Shown here: piece after piece, positions 1 to 6,809 of the stretch | Layout: each line of letters begins with the position of its first letter | Position numbering within the stretch: the first letter of the stretch is position 1 | Origin: an uncultured virus (IMG/VR IMGVR_UViG_3300030329_004422) | Lineage: Duplodnaviria; Heunggongvirae; Uroviricota; Caudoviricetes | Strand: one strand, 5' to 3' | Virus record (IMG/VR): IMGVR_UViG_3300030329_004422 | Length of the DNA: 20,000 nt | Notes under the pieces: model-generated | What the model was told of the DNA's origin: nothing | Databases searched by the model: none | The model's input: the letters and a program-made list of their open reading frames with translations, nothing else | Position numbers and translations under genes: made by a program

Positions 1-1371
1 GAGGGTCATGATGGATTGATTCTTGAGGTTGATTCTGGTTACGAGCGACCGCTAAATGATGCGATTATTCCCATTCAAAATGCTGCAATATCGTCGAATA
101 TTCAAAACTATATGCAGAGTGTAGAATTGGACATTGAGCGTGTTGTTGGTACAAGTCCAGCGTCCAGGGGCATTGTTACCAAGGCTACTGCTTTTGAAGT
201 AGAGACTGTTCAGCAATACACTGAATCTGAGTTTGGTCTTCATGCCACCATCAAAGATCAGTGGTTAGCTAATCTTACTGAGTTGGTTTTGCGTACATTG
301 ATTGCTTGTATGCAAGATGATGGTGGTAGTTCAGGAGAGTTTGAGGCCCAAGAGGTCGAGGTGGCAGAAGTAGAAGCGACTTCTGAGGGCGCTGAGAAGA
401 AAGAGCCTGATGGTGAGCAGCCACAAGAAAGCTTCACGATAGAACGAATCAAGTCTTTGGCAGAGGCCGCTGGTGTTGATGTAGATTCTGATGAGTTTAA
501 AGATCTTGCGTCACAGATCACAGACATTCGTGAATTGGACGACATGAATCCAGAGCAACTCAACCTGTTGGGTCAAACTCTAAGTGGTCGCGCTCTCGAC
601 GAACAAAAGGCAACGGAAGAAAAGGAGCAAGAGCAGGTCGATATGGCTCTTGTGCGTGGAACATCTTCTATGCAAGAGCCGTTTGTGGATGAGGATGTTG
701 TTCCTGATCTTGGTGTTGTTGAGACGGACGGCGGCTATGAAGTACACCAAGAAACATTGATTCTTAGGGAACGAAATGAGCAACTCGTTGTTTCGGTCGA
801 AGATCTTGATGCCGATTTCGAGATTACTTTTGTCGAAGGCGGTCGTACACCTCTCTCTGATGCTGCCATGCAGCAAAACCTTGTCGCTTTGTTGCAACCT
901 TACGGTGCGCTTTGGGAAACGGCGTCAAAGGGTGGACCAAGCGGTGTGTTCGCGAAAAACTACATGAAGGTTCTTGCTGAGCGCTTTGATCTTCCGAAAG
1001 ACCTTCACCCAGAAGAATTGGATGCAGAGTTGCAGCGAGAAGAAGAGGAAAAACCTAAGAAATCTAAAAAAGCTAAAGAATCTAAAGAGGCTCCTCCGGG
1101 TGAACCGGAACAAGCTGAAGCGCCTATTCCCGAAGAAGCGCCACCTGCTCCTGAAGAAGAACCACCGCCCGATGATCAGGCTCAAGACCCCAAAGAGATA
1201 TTGGCTCAAATTGCTGAAATGCCACCGGCTGAAGCCATTGAAGCATTGAGGACCGTCTTTGCTGATGCTCCAGAAATCATTCAAGTGCTTGATCAGATTG
1301 CAGCGCTTCCAGAACAAGAGCAGGCGGCTGCAATAGAAGAATTGTTAGGAGCAGCAAGTGCCGGTTTATAG
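1..1371 (+). CDS. Portal (head-tail connector) protein, C-terminal part, 5'-truncated
   Basis: Frame 1 is open from base 1 (EGHDGLILEV...) to TAG at 1369-1371, so the TTG at 16 is probably not the true start. Contains podovirus portal-like segments IERVVGTSPASRG..TKATAFEV (cf. the TATE/TAEEI motif) and VSVEDLDADFEITFVEGG..MQQNLVALL. Long Glu/Pro-rich C-tail. Lies upstream of scaffold and MCP. Confidence 0.8.
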   Translation, partial: EGHDGLILEVDSGYERPLNDAIIPIQNAAISSNIQNYMQSVELDIERVVGTSPASRGIVTKATAFEVETVQQYTESEFGLHATIKDQWLANLTELVLRTLIACMQDDGGSSGEFEAQEVEVAEVEATSEGAEKKEPDGEQPQESFTIERIKSLAEAAGVDVDSDEFKDLASQITDIRELDDMNPEQLNLLGQTLSGRALDEQKATEEKEQEQVDMALVRGTSSMQEPFVDEDVVPDLGVVETDGGYEVHQETLILRERNEQLVVSVEDLDADFEITFVEGGRTPLSDAAMQQNLVALLQPYGALWETASKGGPSGVFAKNYMKVLAERFDLPKDLHPEELDAELQREEEEKPKKSKKAKESKEAPPGEPEQAEAPIPEEAPPAPEEEPPPDDQAQDPKEILAQIAEMPPAEAIEALRTVFADAPEIIQVLDQIAALPEQEQAAAIEELLGAASAGL

Positions 1372-1954
1372 TTTTAGATGTACGTCGTGTAATGTAGACA
1401 AGGACATGCTTTTCTCTATGAGTAAGCGCCCCAAGTCGATTGATTGCGATTCGTGTGGTGGCAAAGCAAAGCGAGTGTTTAAGGTAGACAAGGCCCAGTC
1501 AAATGATCCGTGGAGAGAGAAAACCTACAAGACATCGCGTACTCGCGGCTTGGTGATGCACATGTATAAGTGCAATGACTGCGAGAAATCTTTTGATGAG
1601 TTGATTGATTTCAGTAAAGGGCAGCATTGGGAAGACAAACAAACATGCCCTTCATGCAGTAGTACAAATAGTTCTTGGATACCAACTGCAAAAATAGATA
1701 GATTTAGTGAACAATTTCCTTATTTTGATCGCGGTCTTGGTGTAATGTTGAAAAACAAACAGCACCGATTAGATATTTGTAAAGCGAGAGGGTTGACACC
1801 GGTTGATGGAGACTGGGATGTTGATAAGGAATTTAGTAAAATGGATTCACGTCTTGAGCGTGAAGAAAAAGAATATGCCGATTATTGTGATCGGTTAGAT
1901 AATCATCCAGCATTTAGGCAGTATCGAGAGGCACAGGATAAGGGCCTTCAATAA
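1358..1954 (+). CDS. Tandem zinc-ribbon (FmdB-like, CxxC..CxxC twice) phage protein
   Basis: GTG start with AGGAG at 1347-1351, overlapping the portal stop. MPVYSFRCTSC..CDSC is the FmdB-type N-terminus, followed by a second ribbon MHMYKCNDC..CPSC and a C-terminal PYFDRGLG segment. Confidence 0.8.
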   Translation: MPVYSFRCTSCNVDKDMLFSMSKRPKSIDCDSCGGKAKRVFKVDKAQSNDPWREKTYKTSRTRGLVMHMYKCNDCEKSFDELIDFSKGQHWEDKQTCPSCSSTNSSWIPTAKIDRFSEQFPYFDRGLGVMLKNKQHRLDICKARGLTPVDGDWDVDKEFSKMDSRLEREEKEYADYCDRLDNHPAFRQYREAQDKGLQ

Positions 1955-1964
1955 GGAGTATCAA

Positions 1965-2549
1965 ATGTACGAATATGGAACAGGACAACCAGAGACAGAT
2001 CCTGCCGCACCTATGGCACCGCCTGCTGATGCGCCCCCACCAGCACCTCCAGAAGGCGCTGAACCTGATGTTGATGCAGATATGATGCAACTTGCGCAAT
2101 CTGCTCCTGCGCCAACAAAGCCGTTTAGCGTGAAGGCTCTTGAAGGTCTTTTGAAGCAATTCAATGCGACTCTTGCAAAGATTTCTGTGGTGGAAATGCC
2201 ACCAATCGAAATCGACTTTTCTGGTGCTGAAAAGAACAAGTATGACCAGCCTCTTCCACCCGATCTATTCCTACCTTTGTTGGCTGTTTCAGAACTAGTC
2301 AAAATGGTCGGCGGTGGAGAGTTTGAATCTAAGTATTCTTTCGATGTATTCCAGGTTTTGACCGATACTGATATTCGTAAAGTCACGGCTATTTTGAAGA
2401 TGATGGCGAAAGACAAAAAGTTTATTGAGGGTGTAAAGCAACTTCAGGAACAACCTGAAATGCCTGGGGATGAAGGGCCGGAAGATATGGCTCCACCTCC
2501 CGATGATATGGGTGAAGATGATGAGGTTCTCGCAGCCAACATGGAATAA
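1965..2549 (+). CDS. Hypothetical protein with Pro/acidic disordered termini (head-assembly region)
   Basis: Strong SD (TAAGGAG) before ATG; 194 aa; Pro/Ala/Asp/Glu-rich ends around a helical core. Function unknown. Confidence 0.7.
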   Translation: MYEYGTGQPETDPAAPMAPPADAPPPAPPEGAEPDVDADMMQLAQSAPAPTKPFSVKALEGLLKQFNATLAKISVVEMPPIEIDFSGAEKNKYDQPLPPDLFLPLLAVSELVKMVGGGEFESKYSFDVFQVLTDTDIRKVTAILKMMAKDKKFIEGVKQLQEQPEMPGDEGPEDMAPPPDDMGEDDEVLAANME

Positions 2550-2563
2550 TGCTCCTTGTTTAT

Positions 2564-2593
2564 TTGCAGAATCATTTTAAACAGTGGTAAATT
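2564..2593 (+). promoter_or_regulatory. Possible sigma70-like promoter upstream of scaffold/MCP
   Basis: TTGCAG (2564-2569), 18-nt spacer, TGn-extended TAAATT (2588-2593) in a 65-nt AT-rich intergenic gap; SD AGGAG at 2604-2608. Confidence 0.35.
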
Positions 2594-2614
2594 GCCAAGT
2601 GTTAGGAGATATAA

Positions 2615-3592
2615 GTGCAAGACGAAATTAATAGTGATGTAGAAGTTGGCGCAGACAGCGAAGCTGTTGTTGCTGATGTAAGTGATGGTTCAACTGGGCT
2701 TTTGGACGATGGTGGTATCGATCAGGAGCCTGTGGAAGCGGCACCAGAACCAGAGGCCGACTTTTCTAGTGCAGATGAGCAAGTTGAAAAAGAACCTGCA
2801 GTTGAAGCAAAAAGTTTCGATCCAATGTTTTCAGACATTGATGATCAAGAATTAAACGTAGATGATTTTTACAAGGGCATTACTGAGCAAGACATTAAAG
2901 AGTTGCCAACAGTCGCGCGACGTATGCTCCACAACTTTCGAGTTGCATACAAGAATGAAAGCAAGCGACTAAACGATGCACACGAAAGCCGCGTTTCTCA
3001 GTACAAGAAGCGTGAACAGCAGATTGAAAGCCTTGAGCGCGACTTTGCTCGTCGTCAAGCTGAGTTTGCTTCGATCATCGAAGATCCACGGATCAAAGAA
3101 GCATTGAAGCAAGATGAGTCCGAAATGCCGGATATCATGTCTGAGGAAGGAATTCAGGCACGAATCAACCGTGGTGTGGCTGAAGCTGTATCAAGTGTTT
3201 TTGAGCCAATGCAGGAAATCTCATCGAAGCGCCGTCAAGAGAGCGCTTATTTTGATTTCCTCGAAGCTAACCCTGAAATGAAGAAACCAGACTTTCGTAA
3301 GGAAGTTGCTCAGTTGGTAACGAACAGAGAAAAGCAAGGGAACCCACTCTCTACGCAAGATGCGTATGAGATCGTGAAGGCCCGTAAGCTTGTTGCTGAA
3401 GACAGAAGCCGCAAAGAAACTCGCCGTAAGGCTCGCGCTGATGCTGCTCGACGTGTTCAGCGTAATTCTGTCAGCGGTTCGCCGTCTACATTTGAAATTC
3501 CCCCTGATGTCAAGAAGCAAGGTGCAGCTTCGATTGCTGCTTGGCTCCAGTCAAACCCCGAAGCTGCAAAAGCCTATTCTAACAACCGCTAA
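2615..3592 (+). CDS. Capsid scaffolding protein
   Basis: GTG start with AGGAG. Very acidic disordered N-terminus, coiled-coil middle (YKKREQQIESLERDFARRQAEF), basic C-terminal helix. Directly upstream of MCP, with no protease gene nearby. Confidence 0.75.
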   Translation: MQDEINSDVEVGADSEAVVADVSDGSTGLLDDGGIDQEPVEAAPEPEADFSSADEQVEKEPAVEAKSFDPMFSDIDDQELNVDDFYKGITEQDIKELPTVARRMLHNFRVAYKNESKRLNDAHESRVSQYKKREQQIESLERDFARRQAEFASIIEDPRIKEALKQDESEMPDIMSEEGIQARINRGVAEAVSSVFEPMQEISSKRRQESAYFDFLEANPEMKKPDFRKEVAQLVTNREKQGNPLSTQDAYEIVKARKLVAEDRSRKETRRKARADAARRVQRNSVSGSPSTFEIPPDVKKQGAASIAAWLQSNPEAAKAYSNNR

Positions 3593-3605
3593 TTAGGAGC
3601 CGAAA

Positions 3606-4661
3606 ATGGCAACTACTTCTCTTTCTATTGGAAACGAATTGCTTTCCACTACCATGCACATCCTGATGAAGGATTTTCGTGACAACGTTCACGAATCAGT
3701 CGCTTTCCTTGATGCTCAAGAGCGTGTCCACGGTGCTGGCAAGCCAGTCCAATCCGGTGGTTCGCGTATTGTTGTGCCTCTCGGCTTTGGTGAGCATTCT
3801 TCAACCACTCGTATGCAGACTGGTTTCGAGCGTATTGACCTTAGTGTCGAAGACGTGTTCAAGCCTGCTCAGTACGATTGGGGTCACGTTGTACGTCCCG
3901 TCGCTATTTCTTCTGAAGAAGAAATGGTCAACCAAGGCGATGCTGCTGTTCTTTCTATTCTTGAAAGCCGCGTAACCATGACCGCTAACGCTCTGAAGCG
4001 TGAGTACGTCAAGCAAATCGTCAACGGTGAGCAAGCCGGTTGGGAAGACTGGAACACCCTGAACGGTCTTGATGTTACTGGTGGCAGCAACGAAGGTTTC
4101 CTTGAAACTCTCGCGGTTGGATCTCAGGTCAACTCTGTTGGTAGTGTTGATAAGGGCGACTACCAAGACAAGACTGGTTGGCAAAACCAGATCTTCGACG
4201 GTGCAGGTTCTTTCAACGCTAACGGCCTTGCTGGTCTGTACGATCTGTTGGTTGAAATCAACTCTGTTTCTCCATCTGGAGCACCAAACGTGATTCTTGC
4301 TTCCCGCGCTGGGTTCAAGAACCTCAAGCGTGCCCTTCAGGCTCATGAGCGCTATGTCGATCAAGCCCAAATCGATGGCGGAAAGATGGTTGAAATGTTC
4401 CAAGGCATTCCAATCAACGTTGAGTACAACATGCCCAACGACAAGGCCACGAAGTCTGCGGTTGATCCAATCAGCTTCTACTTCTTGAACATGAACGACA
4501 TCTATACCCTGTGGGACCCACAAGGTTACTTCGACCTCTCGGACTTCGAGACTGTGTCGGGTGAGTACGATGTTCGTGCTGCTAAGCTTCGGTGCCGTGG
4601 TCAGTTGATCGCTAAGCACCTTGGTTCAAGCGGTGTAGCATTCGACTTGGATACCTTCTAA
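3606..4661 (+). CDS. Major capsid protein (HK97 fold)
   Basis: 351 aa, SD TAGGAG, strongly biased codon usage. N-terminal LLSTT....DN......SGGSRIVVPL pattern of phage MCPs and P-domain-like PNVILAS..FKNL..FQGIPINVE..FYFLN. Followed by a hairpin. Confidence 0.88.
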   Translation: MATTSLSIGNELLSTTMHILMKDFRDNVHESVAFLDAQERVHGAGKPVQSGGSRIVVPLGFGEHSSTTRMQTGFERIDLSVEDVFKPAQYDWGHVVRPVAISSEEEMVNQGDAAVLSILESRVTMTANALKREYVKQIVNGEQAGWEDWNTLNGLDVTGGSNEGFLETLAVGSQVNSVGSVDKGDYQDKTGWQNQIFDGAGSFNANGLAGLYDLLVEINSVSPSGAPNVILASRAGFKNLKRALQAHERYVDQAQIDGGKMVEMFQGIPINVEYNMPNDKATKSAVDPISFYFLNMNDIYTLWDPQGYFDLSDFETVSGEYDVRAAKLRCRGQLIAKHLGSSGVAFDLDTF

Positions 4662-4673
4662 GTCATACTGATT

Positions 4674-4706
4674 GGGTGGGGTTCATGTCGAGCCCCACCC
4701 TATTTC
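4674..4706 (+). terminator. GC-rich stem-loop after MCP (weak terminator or mRNA stabiliser)
   Basis: GGGTGGGGTTC-ATGTC-GAGCCCCACCC, an 11-bp stem with one G-U pair (4674-4700), followed only by TATTTC. Confidence 0.6.
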
Positions 4707-4737
4707 ATAGCCATATAGTCAAAAGAGGGAGGACAAC

Positions 4738-5226
4738 ATGGCAATTTATAAAGTAGACGGCGTCGATGGCGTCAATCATTTTCCTAAGAAGTTTGTGCGA
4801 CTTCACTGCACCACTGCTACAATCGCAAAGGGTGATTGGGTCATGATTGATGTTGCTGATACCACTAATGGTAGGGGTAACTCTTGTAAGCAGACTACCA
4901 GTAATGTTGCTGGTGCCGAGCCTGCTTTTGGTATTGCAACTGAAACGCTAACCGCAGCAGGTATTCTCAAGGTTCAAACTGCTGGCCTCTATGGTGACGG
5001 TACAACTGGCGGTGGTGCTGCAACTGGCGGAAGTGTTACTGCTGGATCAGTCCTTGCTGCTGGAAACACTGTAGGAGCGGGTGGCGCTGCCGGTCAAGTA
5101 ATGAACTACGCGGGTGCAACTCACGTATCGGCTCCGCCCTGTGGTCTTGCTTTGGTAGCAGATGACGACGGTGACTACGGTGCCAACGAGACTACTGTTC
5201 TGATTTATGATCAGGGTCTTTTCTAG
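4738..5226 (+). CDS. Capsid decoration/cement protein
   Basis: SD GGGAGG; 162 aa, Gly/Ala/Thr-rich; IAKGDWVMI..AFGIATETLTAAGILKVQTAG pattern typical of beta-tulip decoration proteins; immediately after MCP. Confidence 0.65.
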   Translation: MAIYKVDGVDGVNHFPKKFVRLHCTTATIAKGDWVMIDVADTTNGRGNSCKQTTSNVAGAEPAFGIATETLTAAGILKVQTAGLYGDGTTGGGAATGGSVTAGSVLAAGNTVGAGGAAGQVMNYAGATHVSAPPCGLALVADDDGDYGANETTVLIYDQGLF

Positions 5227-5257
5227 ACCATAATCGCTACCGGACCTCGGTCCATTC

Positions 5258-5298
5258 ACGGCTGCTGGGGTATACTATCTCAGCAGCCGTTTTTATTT
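5258..5298 (+). terminator. Rho-independent terminator ending the head operon
   Basis: ACGGCTGCTGGGGTA-TAC-TATCTCAGCAGCCGT, a long stem with two G-U pairs, followed by TTTTATTT. Confidence 0.85.
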
Positions 5299-5312
5299 AC
5301 GGGGATGAAGAA

Positions 5313-6806
5313 ATGAACGTCAAAGACATGGTTCAAGAAATCAACGCAGCACTTGATTACAACCCCGATTTGAAGCAGTACACGGACTCGATTGTACGCA
5401 CGATAAACCGTCACTACCTGCAGGTATCAAGCCAGTACCAGTGGCTGTTCATGCAAGCCCGTACCAGGATTCAACTCAGAGCAGATATCACTGGAGACAG
5501 CACAAGCACATTGACTGGTTATGGTAGTCATTATGTTAATTTGCCAGATACTGAGGGTGTTGGAATCATAAATCTACCACCCGATATTGTCGGCAAAACA
5601 CTCGTAAATAACGTTGATGGCGCCGAGTATAAAATAACGGCTTACATCAGCCCAAGAAGATTTGTTGTAGACGAGATATTTCCGGCTGAAACAACTACCA
5701 ACTGGACAATCAAGTTTATTCAATACCCGATGCCACGTGACTGCATTGAGGTGTTGGGAATCATGGATCGTGGAATTACCAATACTGAAACAATAACCAA
5801 AAGTAATTCAGATAAAACCACAAAAACTATGACTGCACCAAATCGCGGTCGAATGATGTTCTTGGATGCTCGGAAAGAAGAAAACCTGTATTTAGATCGA
5901 TCGGATACTGGCGATCCGTTTGTCAGTGTAGAAGAAATGCACGAAAACGTTCAGGCGCCTGATCTTCCTCCGGAATTGTTGCGCATTGAAAAAGATGTCG
6001 CTACTTCGTCGATGCCAAGCGATCGTGAAAAATATATAATTGAATACTGCTATACTTTCACATATGCAGGAATGGAAAGCCCACCATCTGAAGTATTGAG
6101 TGTGACTGTTCCAAAGGCTGAATCGGAAGCACGTAATCCGCAGATATATTTGCGTCGTTTTCAGCAAACCCACGATAATAGAATTTACGACAGTACGGTA
6201 GACACAACCGGATATACAGGTCGGCTTAAAAAGATATACCGTAGGTTTGTTTTCGACACCGATAAACCAAGACCTAATAGTAGCTTACACGGTGGTGGTC
6301 AATGGAGACACATCGGTACAATCAGCGAAGAAACCACTACTTACGTTGATAAAGGTCAGGAGTTGACCACAGACACTGTTGGTGAAACAGGCGGTTCAAG
6401 CGGTTCATATGTATCCAATGTCGATCCAAGCGGTGAAGTTTTCCGTGTTGACCGGTTGAATGAATCAGGGCCTCGCCAATACCTACGTTTTTGGTACACA
6501 CCGAAAGGCGACTACATGGTTGAGGCTCGATACCACAAGCGCCCATACAGGCTTGTTAAAGACTCAGACTCCCCCGAGTGGCCTCCGCAGTATCACCATT
6601 ATCTTGTGTATGCGGCTCTTAGAGACATTTGTATGCAGCACAGTATGCTCAACCATAGCCAGATGTACGAAAGGCGAGCATCGGAGATTCTAGAGCGTAT
6701 GAAGAACAAGTACCTCACTCGAACGGATAGAATTTACGTCCGTAGAGGATTTGATCGCGCTATGGCAGACACAGAGCGTTTTGGTATTCCAAGCAAAGCC
6801 GAGTAA
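5313..6806 (+). CDS. Head-tail adaptor (tail tubular A-like) with inserted beta domains
   Basis: N-terminal helix pair (MNVKDMVQEI..INRHYLQVSSQYQWLFM) and C-terminal WYTPKGDY..YHKRP..L..DSDSPEWPPQYHHYLVYAAL match podovirus adaptor-type proteins. First gene after the head module; 497 aa. Confidence 0.65.
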   Translation: MNVKDMVQEINAALDYNPDLKQYTDSIVRTINRHYLQVSSQYQWLFMQARTRIQLRADITGDSTSTLTGYGSHYVNLPDTEGVGIINLPPDIVGKTLVNNVDGAEYKITAYISPRRFVVDEIFPAETTTNWTIKFIQYPMPRDCIEVLGIMDRGITNTETITKSNSDKTTKTMTAPNRGRMMFLDARKEENLYLDRSDTGDPFVSVEEMHENVQAPDLPPELLRIEKDVATSSMPSDREKYIIEYCYTFTYAGMESPPSEVLSVTVPKAESEARNPQIYLRRFQQTHDNRIYDSTVDTTGYTGRLKKIYRRFVFDTDKPRPNSSLHGGGQWRHIGTISEETTTYVDKGQELTTDTVGETGGSSGSYVSNVDPSGEVFRVDRLNESGPRQYLRFWYTPKGDYMVEARYHKRPYRLVKDSDSPEWPPQYHHYLVYAALRDICMQHSMLNHSQMYERRASEILERMKNKYLTRTDRIYVRRGFDRAMADTERFGIPSKAE

Positions 6807-6809
6807 AGC

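Noticed and set aside
3801..4619. 272-aa antisense ORF within MCP
   Set aside because: It lies wholly opposite a strongly codon-biased gene, where antisense open frames are expected, and shows no recognisable motif.
4640..4740. Programmed frameshift extending the MCP (T7 10A/10B style)
   Set aside because: No clear slippery heptamer near the MCP end, and the downstream gene has its own strong SD.
5271..5276. TATACT as a -10 promoter box or N4-type hairpin promoter
   Set aside because: No plausible -35 at 16-18 nt; the hairpin with U-tract is explained as a terminator; no repeated copy elsewhere in the window.
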